Of a DNA stretch of 64,000 bases, positions 9,303-19,626 are shown piece by piece (the first letter of the stretch is position 1; each line of letters starts with the position of its first letter). Origin of the DNA: Polyangiaceae bacterium. GTDB taxonomy: Bacteria > Myxococcota_A > Polyangia > Polyangiales > Polyangiaceae. Location: the NCBI GenBank assembly GCA_044376115.1, contig JBILLK010000035.1:1-64000 (forward strand), written 5' to 3'. A model generated the notes under the pieces. The model had not been told where the DNA came from. It saw nothing but the letters and a program-made list of their open reading frames with translations, and made no database searches. Made by a program: the position numbers and the translations under genes.

Positions 9303-9439
9303 CCTTCGCCTGCGGCCATCGTTCCGAGGCTGATGGCGGCGACCGCATGCGAGCTGGTTGGGCCTCTGCCTCCGAGGCCGTGGCAGTCGTGGCTTGCATC
9401 GTATCGATTGGCGGGTATCAGAGCGACGGCCGCGCGGGA

Positions 9440-10009
9440 TCACGCTGGGTCGAGTGTCAGGCCTTCGTAAACGTCGTCCACCGCAAAGTCGATGCCGTCG
9501 GAAGCCAGCGTTACGCGTTCACCGCCGCGAACGTCCCGCTCGCTCCATGTGCCCGACATGCGTTCCACCACGGTTATCCGTCGGCTCCGATGGGACACGA
9601 AGAGGACTGCACGCAGCGTGGGAAGCTGCTTGAAGTGACTCAGCTTGTCGCCGCGATCATAGTCTTCAGTCGACCTGCTGGTGACCTCTACCAGGATCGA
9701 AGGGTTCACGATCGCGTTGGCGTCGAGCTTGGAGGTCTCGGGCTGACCGCAAACCACAGAGACATCGGGAAAGGTCGTCAAGTCAGTCGCTTCGACTCGA
9801 ACCTTGAGGTCCGACGTCGAGAGCCGACACGTCTTCGGCAGCGTGCGCGAGAGCGCGACGATGACCGCAGCTGCGAGCTGCGCGTGGACGAGCGTCCCAG
9901 CAGCCATTGCATAGATGACCCCATCACAATACTCGAGCTTGATCGTGCTGGCCTCGAGCGTGTGCAGATACTCTGCGTAGTCGTAGTGAAGGCGTCGCGC
10001 AGACGTCAT
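9440..10009 (-). CDS. Uma2 family (DUF820) PD-(D/E)XK endonuclease
   Basis: KLEYCDGVIYAM, FPDVSVVCG, P.ILVEVTS.STEDYDRGDK. Confidence 0.92.
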   Translation of the reverse strand: MTSARRLHYDYAEYLHTLEASTIKLEYCDGVIYAMAAGTLVHAQLAAAVIVALSRTLPKTCRLSTSDLKVRVEATDLTTFPDVSVVCGQPETSKLDANAIVNPSILVEVTSRSTEDYDRGDKLSHFKQLPTLRAVLFVSHRSRRITVVERMSGTWSERDVRGGERVTLASDGIDFAVDDVYEGLTLDPA

Positions 10010-10111
10010 CGAGCGAGCGTAGCTCAGCCCTCCACCGGAATCAGAGCAACTTGCGGGCTAACCCCGGTAAGTCCCCGATCGCCGCCTCGCTCGATGCCCG
10101 GCCTGCGGGCT

Positions 10112-10250
10112 GCGACAGATCGCCCGGTGTCACGGTGAGACTCGGCGCAATGTCGCGCCCGGCAGCTCAATGCCCACCGCCCGCTCGCTGCCCGGCCTGC
10201 GGGCCGCGACAGATCGCCCGGTGTCACGGTGAGACTCGGCGATCTGTCGC
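10112..10250. repeat. array of 2 family A palindromes, 94-bp period
   Basis: Copies start at 10112 and 10206; the second has perfect 13-bp arms GCGACAGATCGCC/GGCGATCTGTCGC. Confidence 0.95.
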
Positions 10251-10326
10251 ACCGGCAGCTCGACGCGGCCGCGGGCCTTACGCGGAGCCCGTGGCACTCG
10301 CGCCCCGTATCGTATCTAATGGCGTG

Positions 10327-11472
10327 ATGAAGTACCGCGCGGGCTGGCTGTTGGCAGTGTTCGCTTTGGCGGCGACGGCTTGCAATCTGGTCTTTGGCGT
10401 GGGGGATCCCAGGCTGAAGGAAGGTGCTGGTGGCGGAGGCTCAGGCGGTGCGGGCGGTGGCGGTGCGAGCGGTGGGACTGGTGGCTCCGGCGCGGGGGGA
10501 ATCGTGCCCGCTGATCCTTGTGCCAACGTCGACTGCGTGAACGAGAACGAATGCACGGTAAGGACGTGCAACGCGTTTGGGGACTGTGCGCCAGAGTTCT
10601 TGACCGGAGAAACCGCCGATCAACTTCCAGGGGATTGTAAGGTCGTTACCTGCGAGAACGGGTTGCTCACGGTTTCACCCGATCCGACCGATCCGCAGCC
10701 TTCGGTGCCTGGCCTTTGTTTTGAGTTTGTGTGCAACGCCGAGGGCCAAAACGTTAGTCAGAATTTGGCGGAGGGGACGGACTGCGGAAGCCTTGGCGGC
10801 AGCTGTGATGCAGCGGGACTTTGCTCAGCGTGCGCGACGGATAGCGAGTGCGGCAGCAACACGATCTGCATGACGTTCACGTGCGAAAAAGGCGCCTGCG
10901 TTGCGACGCCCTCAAGCCCGATGACGGTCATCCCCGCTGACCAGCAAACCCCGGGAGACTGTTTGAGTCTTGTTTGTTCGGGGCTCCCGGGCGGCATTCT
11001 GCCGGTCGCTGTCGAGTTCCAGGCCGACGTGCCGCAAGACTTCAACGAGTGCACCGACGACGTTTGTGAGAACGGTGTGCCGACGCACGACTTCGTGCTT
11101 TCGGGTAAACCCTGCGGTGCGGATTTTTGCGATGGGGCAGGGCACTGCGTTGAGTGCGCGAGCAACTCGAATTGCGTCGGCGATCCGCAGGGGGCCTTCT
11201 GCAACGCGTCGTCGGCCTGCGGCTGCGAAACAGCTTCACATTGCCAGAACAACCTGGTCGGACTGCGCTGCTTGGGCAGCGGTATTTGCGGCTGCCAGAG
11301 CAGCGCTGATTGCCCCGCGTCGTTGCCTTCGTGCAACACAGCCCTCGGCAGCTGCCAGCCGGCGCCGCGGCCCGAACCCACGACGACGGCGACCGCGACG
11401 GCCTCGGCTGCCCCGTTTAGCCCGCCGGCTGGGGCCCAGAGCCTCAAGCGCGTAAAGCCGGGTAACCGCTAG
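10327..11472 (+). CDS. Cys-rich myxobacterial lipoprotein
   Basis: Signal peptide and lipobox (AATA-C), Gly-rich linker, repeated Q.PGDC...C and D.NECT.D.C motifs. Confidence 0.8.
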   Translation: MKYRAGWLLAVFALAATACNLVFGVGDPRLKEGAGGGGSGGAGGGGASGGTGGSGAGGIVPADPCANVDCVNENECTVRTCNAFGDCAPEFLTGETADQLPGDCKVVTCENGLLTVSPDPTDPQPSVPGLCFEFVCNAEGQNVSQNLAEGTDCGSLGGSCDAAGLCSACATDSECGSNTICMTFTCEKGACVATPSSPMTVIPADQQTPGDCLSLVCSGLPGGILPVAVEFQADVPQDFNECTDDVCENGVPTHDFVLSGKPCGADFCDGAGHCVECASNSNCVGDPQGAFCNASSACGCETASHCQNNLVGLRCLGSGICGCQSSADCPASLPSCNTALGSCQPAPRPEPTTTATATASAAPFSPPAGAQSLKRVKPGNR

Positions 11473-11536
11473 CGACGCCGTGCTCGACGCGCACGCGGCG
11501 CTCTGAGTGGACGAGGGGTTAGGCTCCGAGCGGTCG

Positions 11537-12873
11537 CTAGGGAGTCGGCGCGCCCTGGTTGGCCGGCTTCGGCTTGCAGTAGCGAAGCCGCGCATTCGTG
11601 ACGCGATCGTTGACGCCCATGACTTCTTTGAGGCGCACGGGCATCGCCTCGCCCTTGAGCTCGCCTCGTAGCAGCTTCGTGAGCTCGAGGAGCATGGCTT
11701 GGTACTCTGCGCGATGCTGGACGAGGGTCGAATCCGTCAGCGCGAGTTTCGTCACCTCCGCGGAGAAGGCCTCGAATTTTGCGGTTGGTCCGAGCAATCG
11801 AGCCCCTTTGACGTCGAGCTCCCCGAACAGCTTCTCGTGGTCGCTGATGGTCTTGCCGAGCGTGGAGCACTCCGCAAGGCGCTTTGCGTCGAGCGCCTCG
11901 CATGCCGGCACGGTGATAGCCGGAGGGTCGGCCGGTGTGCGAGGCCGCACGGTGGACCTCGACTCGAGCTCGGTTCGCACGAGCCCGATTTTCTGACCGA
12001 GCACGAGCTCGATGCGCGAGTCGCCGTTGTTCTCGACGCGAAGCGGAAGCGGGACCCGAAGGTCAATCGTCGAACGCCACGTCGCCTTTGCATCCACTTT
12101 GCGAAACACGAGGTCTCGACTCGGCAGCGCGAACGCCGTTGCGCTGGAACTGATCGTCAGCACGTCTCCTTCCACGCTCAAGAGTTCGCTGGTCACGAGG
12201 TCGAGCAGCTGAATTGGCCCTTGATCACGTGACGAGACGTGCTGCCATCGCGCGCCGACACCGATCGGATCGGGGGGAGCTGCACAATGGAGCGCGTGAC
12301 GGCGGTTGCGAGAACACTCTCAACGTCCTCACAGAGATAGGGCTTGGGCGAGTCGGGCACGACGCGTCGTACGCTTCCGTTCGACGCCTGCGTCAATCGG
12401 ACCCAGGACCCCACCGAATCGTCCGAGCCGTCGATCATCGACGCTGCCAGGAGGTTGCCCGCGTCCTCTCCTTTGCGGACGCGCACCTCGAAGCGAATCT
12501 TCATCCGCCGGTCCTTGATCTCCGCTCCGTTCGTGATGCGCATGGTCAGGTCGCTCTCACGCACTACCTGCTGATTCGGGGTGAGCTGGTACGCGAAAGC
12601 GCGCAGAGGCTCCACTCCCGCATGGAGCAGGCGCGGCTTGTCCGCGCCGCCCATCTCTTGGACAAGGCGGTCTTGCTCTTCGAGCGTGATCACTCCCGCA
12701 GTCGACGTGACGACGACGGGCTCATGAACCCGCGGGCGTTCGACCTCGACCGCAGCGGCGGGTGGAGCGCTGGGGGCAGAGAGCGGAGCTGCTTCGGCGC
12801 AGCCAATCCATGTTGCGATCAAGCCCCAACGCGCCACCACCGATCGCTGCACAGGCAGAAACACGGCACCCAC
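11537..12873 (-). CDS. exported protein (DUF6263-like motif), split by 1-nt frameshift at G6 run 12272-12277
   Basis: Adding one base gives LPPDPIGVGARW... and joins ORFs 12193-12873 and 11537-12196. Confidence 0.6.
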
Positions 12874-12924
12874 AGTACACGTCTGCGGCCGGCAACGTGC
12901 CGCCCGAATTCGTTAAAGGACCGG

Positions 12925-13158
12925 TCACACGTCCGGCAGCAGATGAGCGCGGCTCAATCCCCACACCGATAGAAAGGCGATCAACGTGGCGACGATCCCC
13001 GACGCCAAGAGCCTCTCTGTGATGCTCAGTAAGCCGTAGAAGCTACCCACGAAGGCGAACCATGCGGCGGCGAACGCCGCCACCCCGTGGCGACGAAACA
13101 CAGCCCTGCAAGCGGCGCCAACCGGAATGGCGATCAAGGCAATCAGCACGTACCGCAT
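12925..13158 (-). CDS. small membrane protein
   Basis: 77 aa with three hydrophobic segments. Confidence 0.55.
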   Translation of the reverse strand: MRYVLIALIAIPVGAACRAVFRRHGVAAFAAAWFAFVGSFYGLLSITERLLASGIVATLIAFLSVWGLSRAHLLPDV

Positions 13159-13228
13159 GGCGATCGAGTCCCCCGACGATTCCTATCACAGCAGGCACTC
13201 GGATATGCGGATAGCCGCGGTCGCGGCG

Positions 13229-15061
13229 TCAGCGCACCACCCAGCACTGGCGCAGCGTCTCTGAACCCGCCAGCGCCGACTTCCCCGCAGCGCCGATACG
13301 GTTGCCGAACAGGACCAGCGAGGTGAGCTTCCCCAGGGTCTCGGAAGCAGCCAGTGCACGGGCCCCCGCGGCTCGGATGTCGTTGTCGAATAGGTTCAGC
13401 TCGTTGAGCGCATGCAAGTTATCGGAAGACGCCAATGCAGCTGCGCCCTCGTCGCCGATGCTATTTCCGCCGAGGTCCAGAACGGTGAGCGCGCGCAAGC
13501 TGTTGGATGAGGCCAATGCGCGTGCACCTTCCTCGCCGATGTCGTTATGAGAGAGAGCCAGCGTGCGCACGCGCAGCCCGCTCGCGGAGGCCAAAGCAGC
13601 TGCTCCCTCGTCGCCGAGGTCGTTGGAAGACAGGTTCAGATGCGTGAGTGCGCAGAGGTTGGGGGAAGCGGCTAGGGCGCGTGCTCCCTCGGCTCCAAGT
13701 TCGTTGCGACTCAGGCCTAGCGTCGTGAGCGTGCGCAGGCTGCTCGAAGAAGCCAACGCACGCGCGCCGTCGACGCCGATGATGTTGGCGTCCAGTTGCA
13801 GCGTCGTGAGCGCCCGTAGGCTCTGGGAGGAGGCCAACGCGCTCGCTCCGTCGGCACCGAGGTTGTTGGTAGACAGGTCCAGCTTTGTGAGCGCCCGTAG
13901 GTTCTCGGAGGAAGCCAACGCCTTCGCTCCGTCTGCGCTGATTCCGTTCGTCCCAAGGTCCAGCTGGGTAAGCGCGCGAAGGTGGTTCGAACAGGCCAGT
14001 GCGCGTGCCCCATCGTCGCTGATGTAGTTGTACTCCAGCTCCAACGCAGTGAGCTTGCAGAGGCCACTCGAGGAGGCCAAAGCACGTACACCATCGTCTT
14101 CAATCTTGTTGTAAGTCAGGTTCAGCCGGGTGAGCGCGCGAAGGTTGCTCGAAGAAGCCAAAGCGCATGCTCCGTCGGCCCCGAGGTTGTTGGTAGACAG
14201 GTCCAGCTGGGTGAGTGCAGCGAGGTTGCCCGAAGCGGCGATGGCGCGCGCTCCGTCGGCTCCAAGGTTGTTGCGGCTCATGTCCAGCCACGTCAGCGTA
14301 AGCAGGCTGCTCGAGGAGGCCAAAGCACGTGCGCCTTCGGCTCCAAGGTTGTTGCGGCTCATGTCCAGCCACGTCAGCGTAAGCAGGCTGCTGGAAGAAG
14401 CCAAAGCGCGCGCTCCCTCGGCTCCGAGGTTATTACCAGCCAGATTCAGCTCAGCGATGGCGCGGAGGCTGCTCGAAGAGGCCAAAACACGTGCGCCTTC
14501 TGCGCCGATTTTGTTGTCCCCCAGGTTCAGCTCGCGGAGCGAGTGCAAGCCCTCACACGCTGCGAGTGCGCAGGCTCCCTCTGGCCCGATGTCGTTACTC
14601 TGGAGGTCCAGCGCAGTGAGCGTACGCAGGCCGTCATACGAGACGAGCACGCGCACGTCATCGTCGCCGAGCATCCCGAACACTCTCAGCGCGGTTAGGA
14701 AGCGCCCGGTGCGCTGTGCTTGCAGTGCAATAAGCGTCGCAAGGGATGGTTCCCAGCGCATCCGCACGCGCATCACGAAGCCGAAACGCCAATCGTACTT
14801 GGTCCGTTCGGCTGTAGGGACGCCGGCAAGCCACTCCTCTCGGTGGGCCTCCGTAAGTGCGTCTAGCTGAGCGCAAAGTTCGGCGCGCCCATCCTCTGAA
14901 AGCGTCGCTGTCGCGAGTCGGTGCTCGAGCCGGATGAGCGTTCCGCGCACGTCGCCCTGTTCGAGCAGCCAATCGGCGTAGACCAACCAACTGTTCCAGT
15001 CCTCTGGGTGCGCTCGCAAGTGCGCTTCGAGCTGCGCTGTGTCTGAGATGGCTTCGCCCAC
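13229..15061 (-). CDS. TIGR02996-domain protein with ~16 RNI/GALA-like 28-aa leucine-rich repeats
   Basis: N-terminal HPED...WLVYADWL.EQGD.RG.LIRL, followed by repeats of L..L..LDL..N.LG..GA.ALA.S. Confidence 0.9.
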   Translation of the reverse strand: MGEAISDTAQLEAHLRAHPEDWNSWLVYADWLLEQGDVRGTLIRLEHRLATATLSEDGRAELCAQLDALTEAHREEWLAGVPTAERTKYDWRFGFVMRVRMRWEPSLATLIALQAQRTGRFLTALRVFGMLGDDDVRVLVSYDGLRTLTALDLQSNDIGPEGACALAACEGLHSLRELNLGDNKIGAEGARVLASSSSLRAIAELNLAGNNLGAEGARALASSSSLLTLTWLDMSRNNLGAEGARALASSSSLLTLTWLDMSRNNLGADGARAIAASGNLAALTQLDLSTNNLGADGACALASSSNLRALTRLNLTYNKIEDDGVRALASSSGLCKLTALELEYNYISDDGARALACSNHLRALTQLDLGTNGISADGAKALASSENLRALTKLDLSTNNLGADGASALASSQSLRALTTLQLDANIIGVDGARALASSSSLRTLTTLGLSRNELGAEGARALAASPNLCALTHLNLSSNDLGDEGAAALASASGLRVRTLALSHNDIGEEGARALASSNSLRALTVLDLGGNSIGDEGAAALASSDNLHALNELNLFDNDIRAAGARALAASETLGKLTSLVLFGNRIGAAGKSALAGSETLRQCWVVR

Positions 15062-15078
15062 GAGCCGGAGGGTAACCT

Positions 15079-16083
15079 CTAAAACGTCCCTCGCAGAGCC
15101 ACGCCTTCTGCGCCGACCGAGACGACGGGACCCGACGGTGCGGTCGCGAACACGAGGATGCCGGTGAAGAGCAGGGCGCCTCCTGCGATGAAGGTGCCTG
15201 TCGATACGTGCGCGTAGAGCAGCGCGTCTTCACGTTCGTCCAATGCCGCCTGGTTTGGGCATTCGCCCGAATCGTCGCAGCCGAGCTCGGAGCTTGTATC
15301 CACGGCGGACTTGGTGAGCCCGGCGAAGGCGCCACCGACGCCCAAGCCTGCGAGGCCGCCAATGCCGAGGGCGAGGCCTGCAATACGCTGCGGGCCCCAG
15401 AATGGGTGCTCACCAGGCGGTTCCGCGGGCGGGGCTTTGGGAAGGCCCTCGGAGGCCTTGGACTCGCTCCGCTTCAGCTCCGCGGGCAGGGCGTCGATGA
15501 CGATGCTGGCGCTCGTACCGTCTTTGACGTCCAGCGCTTCGAAGGTCTTGAGCGGTCGCCCCTCAGCGGAGGCGGTGACGCTGTGGGTCCCTGCGTCGAC
15601 GGCGATCGGGATGCCGATCTCGGCTGTGCTGATCGGGACGCCGTTGCGTGTGAGTTGGAGGTTGGGGAGCGCCAACACCTCGGGGCTAACCGTCAATGTG
15701 AGTCGGGCTAAACGGCTATTGAGTTCGTCGGCTTTGCGCTGGGCCTGGGCTTGGCGCGTTGGATTGTTGGCGGCCGCGGCGGAGGCGCCGGCTGCCACAT
15801 AGGCTCGTTGCGCCGTTGCCAACTTGCCGAGCCCTACATAGCAATCACCGAGCGCGAGCTTTGCGCCGAGGCCGTCGGGGATGAGGCGAACCACCTCCTC
15901 GAGCTTGGGGCACGCGGTCGCGAAGTCGGCCTTCACCATTGCGCTCGTGGCCTCACCGAAGAGGGCGCTGGCTTGTTGTTTGGGATCTGTGTTGGCGGGC
16001 TGCGCGAACGCGCTCGAGGCCGGCGCGAGGGCGATGCTGAAGGCCACCATCAGCGTGCTGAACGACTTCAATAGATTGACCAC
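15079..16083 (-). CDS. myxobacterial TPR + PEGA-like protein with C-terminal membrane segment
   Basis: Signal peptide, A..LF.EA...M...DFA.ACPK.EE, VDAGTH.V.ASA.G; co-transcribed with kinase. Confidence 0.75.
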   Translation of the reverse strand: MVNLLKSFSTLMVAFSIALAPASSAFAQPANTDPKQQASALFGEATSAMVKADFATACPKLEEVVRLIPDGLGAKLALGDCYVGLGKLATAQRAYVAAGASAAAANNPTRQAQAQRKADELNSRLARLTLTVSPEVLALPNLQLTRNGVPISTAEIGIPIAVDAGTHSVTASAEGRPLKTFEALDVKDGTSASIVIDALPAELKRSESKASEGLPKAPPAEPPGEHPFWGPQRIAGLALGIGGLAGLGVGGAFAGLTKSAVDTSSELGCDDSGECPNQAALDEREDALLYAHVSTGTFIAGGALLFTGILVFATAPSGPVVSVGAEGVALRGTF

Positions 16084-17486
16084 TTGCCGGTACCTGTTGG
16101 GGTCGCAGTCGGGCGCGGCTTAGGACCGCCAGGGTGGGGCACTGCAACAGGCTGGCTCGTCGCCGCAGCCGCGCTCGAGTTCGCAGCGACGGAAGAGCTG
16201 GCTGCGACGGACGCGCTCGAACCAGCAGCGTCTGCGGAGGCGCTGGCTGCTGGGGCCGGGCTCACTGAGGGGACCTCGTTGGTTGCGCCTGGTTTGGCGG
16301 CCCCAGTGCTTTCCGCGCTGGCGGTGGGAGCTATCGCGGCCTGCGTGTCAGCGGCCGGCGATTCAACCGTGCGTTTGCCGGGGGCGGCCACGAAGTACGC
16401 TGCGGCGCCGCCGCCAAGGAGCGCGAGCGGCACGAGCACAGCGAGCAGCGTTCGAGGTCGGGCAGGCGCGCCTGCGCCCGCGCTGATCGAAGGCATCTCC
16501 CGCCGTTCGCCGGCGCGCACCACGTCGCCTCGTTCGAGCGCGGTCAAGGTGAGCGGCGTGTTCACGCGATCGCCGCGTGGCGTTTCGGGTTGAAAGACGG
16601 GCCTACCTTGGAGCGCGCTTCTCAGTTCACGCACCATCTCCGCGGAGGTCGTGTAGCGGGCCGTGGGGGCTGTGGCGGTTGCCCTTTGGAACCAGCCGTC
16701 GAAGGTGGTCGGGAGCTGCGTCTGACAGCGCCTCCTCGCGCGAACGGAAGCATCCTCGACGAGGCCGCTCGCGACCTTCATGCACAACGCCACGAGCCCG
16801 ATGTCGCGAGATTCTTCACGCCAATAGGGCTCGCCGGTGAGCATCGTGTAGGCGATGTGGCCGAGCGCATAGCGGTCTGCCGCGGGCCCTACGTCCTTGT
16901 TGCCTTGGATCTGCTCGAGCGGCATGTAGAGCGGGGTGCCCAGCGCTTTGGTGGTCTTGGAGCTGCCGTTCGAAAGCACCTTGGCCACGCCGAAGTCGAG
17001 GATCTTGAGCGAGCCGGAGCCGTCGTCGCGTCGCGTGATGTAGAGGTTCTCGGGCTTCAGATCGCGATGGATGATCCCGGCCGCGTGCATCTTGTCGAGC
17101 GCCATACCGGCTTGGGTGAGGTAGAGGAGCGCGTCCTCGACGGGGATGGCGCCCTTCTGTTTGAGCAGGCTGCCGAGCTCCTCACCGCGCAAGAGTTCCA
17201 TAATGATGAAGGGCGTGCCGGTGGCCGCATCGACGCCTGCGTCGTAGGTCTTCGCCACGTGCTCACTCTCGATGCCGCCGGTGACGCGGGCCTCTTGCTC
17301 GAAGCGCGCTCGCAGCTCCTCGTCGCCGACCAGATCGGGGTGCATGATCTTCAACGCCCGCGGGCTCGCCGTCCTCTCGTCGAGCACCTCGTAGACCGCG
17401 CCCATCCCACCCGACTTGATGACCCGGACGACCAGGTATCGAGAGGCGAAGCGCATGCCTACAGCGAGCGACGGGAGACTGCTCAA
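16068..17486 (-). CDS. Ser/Thr protein kinase with transmembrane helix
   Basis: GGMGAVY, ALK, HRDLKPEN, DFG, GTPLYM. Confidence 0.95.
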   Translation of the reverse strand: MSSLPSLAVGMRFASRYLVVRVIKSGGMGAVYEVLDERTASPRALKIMHPDLVGDEELRARFEQEARVTGGIESEHVAKTYDAGVDAATGTPFIIMELLRGEELGSLLKQKGAIPVEDALLYLTQAGMALDKMHAAGIIHRDLKPENLYITRRDDGSGSLKILDFGVAKVLSNGSSKTTKALGTPLYMPLEQIQGNKDVGPAADRYALGHIAYTMLTGEPYWREESRDIGLVALCMKVASGLVEDASVRARRRCQTQLPTTFDGWFQRATATAPTARYTTSAEMVRELRSALQGRPVFQPETPRGDRVNTPLTLTALERGDVVRAGERREMPSISAGAGAPARPRTLLAVLVPLALLGGGAAAYFVAAPGKRTVESPAADTQAAIAPTASAESTGAAKPGATNEVPSVSPAPAASASADAAGSSASVAASSSVAANSSAAAATSQPVAVPHPGGPKPRPTATPTGTGKWSIY

Positions 17487-17703
17487 TCCGCCTCGGACGT
17501 TCGATCGGTTGTTCGCGCAAGACCACGCATTCAGCGATGGTAGTTGGCCGTGCCAGAACCTAGAAGCGCACGCCGTTCGCCCGAGACAAATGAGTCAGGA
17601 AAACACGCACGACGGCCCACACCGAGCTGGAGGCAGTGGGGGCCGTGAACCCGGGACCTCGGCGGCCACATCGATGCGCCCGACGTGCTAGCCTCGACGC
17701 CCT

Positions 17704-18264
17704 ATGGAGGCCGCTCCGTCGCTCGAAATGACCTACGAAGAGTACGTTGCGTTCGAGCGCGAGGCCGAGGGCAAACACGAGTTCGTGCACGGGCACGTGT
17801 ACGCGATGAGCGGCGGCTCGCCGGAGCATGCGCGGTTGTCCCAGGCGATCGGCGCGGCTTTGACCGTCGCTCTTCGCGGCAAGTCGTGCGCGGCTTTTTC
17901 CTCCGACCTGCGCGTGAGGATCCAAGCCACCGGACGCTCCACCTATCCCGACGTCACGGTGGTCTGCGGCAAACTCGAACGCGACGCGATCGACGCCGAT
18001 GCAGTGACCAACCCTCGCGTCATCGTCGAGGTGCTCTCTCCCTCCACCGAGAGCTCCGACCGCGGGGACAAGTGGGCACACCTCGACTCGCTGCGCGAGT
18101 ACGTACTCGTCAGCCAATCGACCCCGCGGGTCGAGGTCTTCAGCCGAGATGAAGCTCAATCGGGGTGGCTCTATCGGCAGTACGGCGCGGGGCAGACGGT
18201 GGAGCTTCGGTCGCTCGAGGCGAGCCTCGACGTGGACGCGATCTACGCGAACCCGCTCAGCTGA
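17704..18264 (+). CDS. Uma2 family endonuclease
   Basis: KHEFVHGHVYAMSGGSPEH, YPDVTVVCG, IVEVLSPSTE..DRGDK. Confidence 0.92.
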   Translation: MEAAPSLEMTYEEYVAFEREAEGKHEFVHGHVYAMSGGSPEHARLSQAIGAALTVALRGKSCAAFSSDLRVRIQATGRSTYPDVTVVCGKLERDAIDADAVTNPRVIVEVLSPSTESSDRGDKWAHLDSLREYVLVSQSTPRVEVFSRDEAQSGWLYRQYGAGQTVELRSLEASLDVDAIYANPLS

Positions 18265-18357
18265 GCCGCGGCGCGAGGGACAATGGGCTACGAGACCCAT
18301 TGCGCGCCTAGCTGCCCCGCTTGACCCGCCTCGCGTCCCGCGCGAGGGCTCGCGCCG

Positions 18358-19560
18358 ATGTTTCGCGCAGCCCGTCTCCTCGTCCTACTTGCTGCCGCTT
18401 GCTCGAGCGCGTCGCCGCCTCGAAGCAACGATCGGCCCATTGCGGCCCCGACCTCCACGCCTATCGACGCGGCCGGAACGAGCACTGCGATCGACCTCGG
18501 CGCTGAACCCGGGGGAGAGCTTCCTGCGCCGCCACCGACGCCGAGCGCCGCACAGGTGCAAGAGGCGTGGGCTGCGCTCTTGGCGCGCTTCAAGGACGAG
18601 AAGCTGTCGGGGTTCGTGCTGGTGCAGCAGTCGGCGCCGAGGTGGATGAGCGTGAAGGCGGCGAAGGCGGAGGAGACCGATCGCGGGCCGGCACCGCCGC
18701 TTTCGCACGGGCGCTGGCAACAGGCGCTGGTGGTTTTTCAGGTGGTGAGCGACGAGGGCGAGTTCGTGGTGCTCGAGAACGCGCGTCCGCGCGGGGCCGC
18801 GGCGAAGAAGGCGTCGAACCCAGACGTACGGCATTGCGCCGGGTCACGGGATGCCGAGCCATTCGATCGGGTCGACCTGCGCTTCGTGGTGCGTCGCGAT
18901 GCGCTGGTGCCGATGGTGGTGGAGGCTCGCTCGGAGACGTTCGCGGATGGGAGCGCGTACGTGGTGGATGCGAGCGCGCCCGTTTCGCTCGACGGGGTGA
19001 GTCCGGTCGTCGGCGCGCCCATGCGCGACGAGCGCGGCTTCGCGTTCCCGCTCGAGGGCTTCAAGTTGGGCCTTTCGTACCCGGCCTACACGTGGAGCGC
19101 TCTGCCGGAGCAGCCGTTCCAGAAAGAGCGTCTCCGCGTGCGCGAGACCGTCACGGTCGGTACTTGGAAGATGGCGGCGCCCTCGGATTCGGGGGTGCTT
19201 TGCACCGAGACGGGCCTTTGTCGATTCAGCTCCCGTTGCGCCAGCATCGATGCGGTGGCGACCGATCGGGTGCCCTACCTCGCACCGCCTTTCGGTGGCG
19301 AAGGTGGAATTGGCTATGGGAGTACGGGCTGCCAATCGATCGAGGGCAAGAGTGGCACGCCGCTCTATTGGGAGGATGGCAGCAAAGCAGGCGAGCTCAC
19401 CGGCCGCGTCTGGCTCAGCAGCTCGATGGCCCCCGGCTTCGGCAACGTTCGCGGCTCATGCCCCTCCAAGAAGGGCGCACGCACCTGCTTCTACCTCCCG
19501 CCCCTGCAGAACCCACTGTGCGCGGACACCAGCAAACTGCAGGTCATCAAAGGCCAATAG
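18358..19560 (+). CDS. hypothetical lipoprotein
   Basis: Lipobox LAAA-C, Pro-rich linker, 400 aa. Confidence 0.7.
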   Translation: MFRAARLLVLLAAACSSASPPRSNDRPIAAPTSTPIDAAGTSTAIDLGAEPGGELPAPPPTPSAAQVQEAWAALLARFKDEKLSGFVLVQQSAPRWMSVKAAKAEETDRGPAPPLSHGRWQQALVVFQVVSDEGEFVVLENARPRGAAAKKASNPDVRHCAGSRDAEPFDRVDLRFVVRRDALVPMVVEARSETFADGSAYVVDASAPVSLDGVSPVVGAPMRDERGFAFPLEGFKLGLSYPAYTWSALPEQPFQKERLRVRETVTVGTWKMAAPSDSGVLCTETGLCRFSSRCASIDAVATDRVPYLAPPFGGEGGIGYGSTGCQSIEGKSGTPLYWEDGSKAGELTGRVWLSSSMAPGFGNVRGSCPSKKGARTCFYLPPLQNPLCADTSKLQVIKGQ

Positions 19561-19626
19561 CGCAGAGAGCGGCTCGCTGCGGGGTGCACGGCGGCTGGAT
19601 GACCGGCGGCTCGAGCCGGGCGGGAT

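Noticed and set aside
2137..10250. Family A palindromes as integron attC sites
   Set aside because: No RYYYAAC/GTTRRRY ends and no integrase in the window
18065..18095. Three-residue gap in Uma2 (DKWAH-LDSL) relative to the 9440 paralogue
   Set aside because: Small in-frame indel with catalytic motifs intact; cannot tell variant from error
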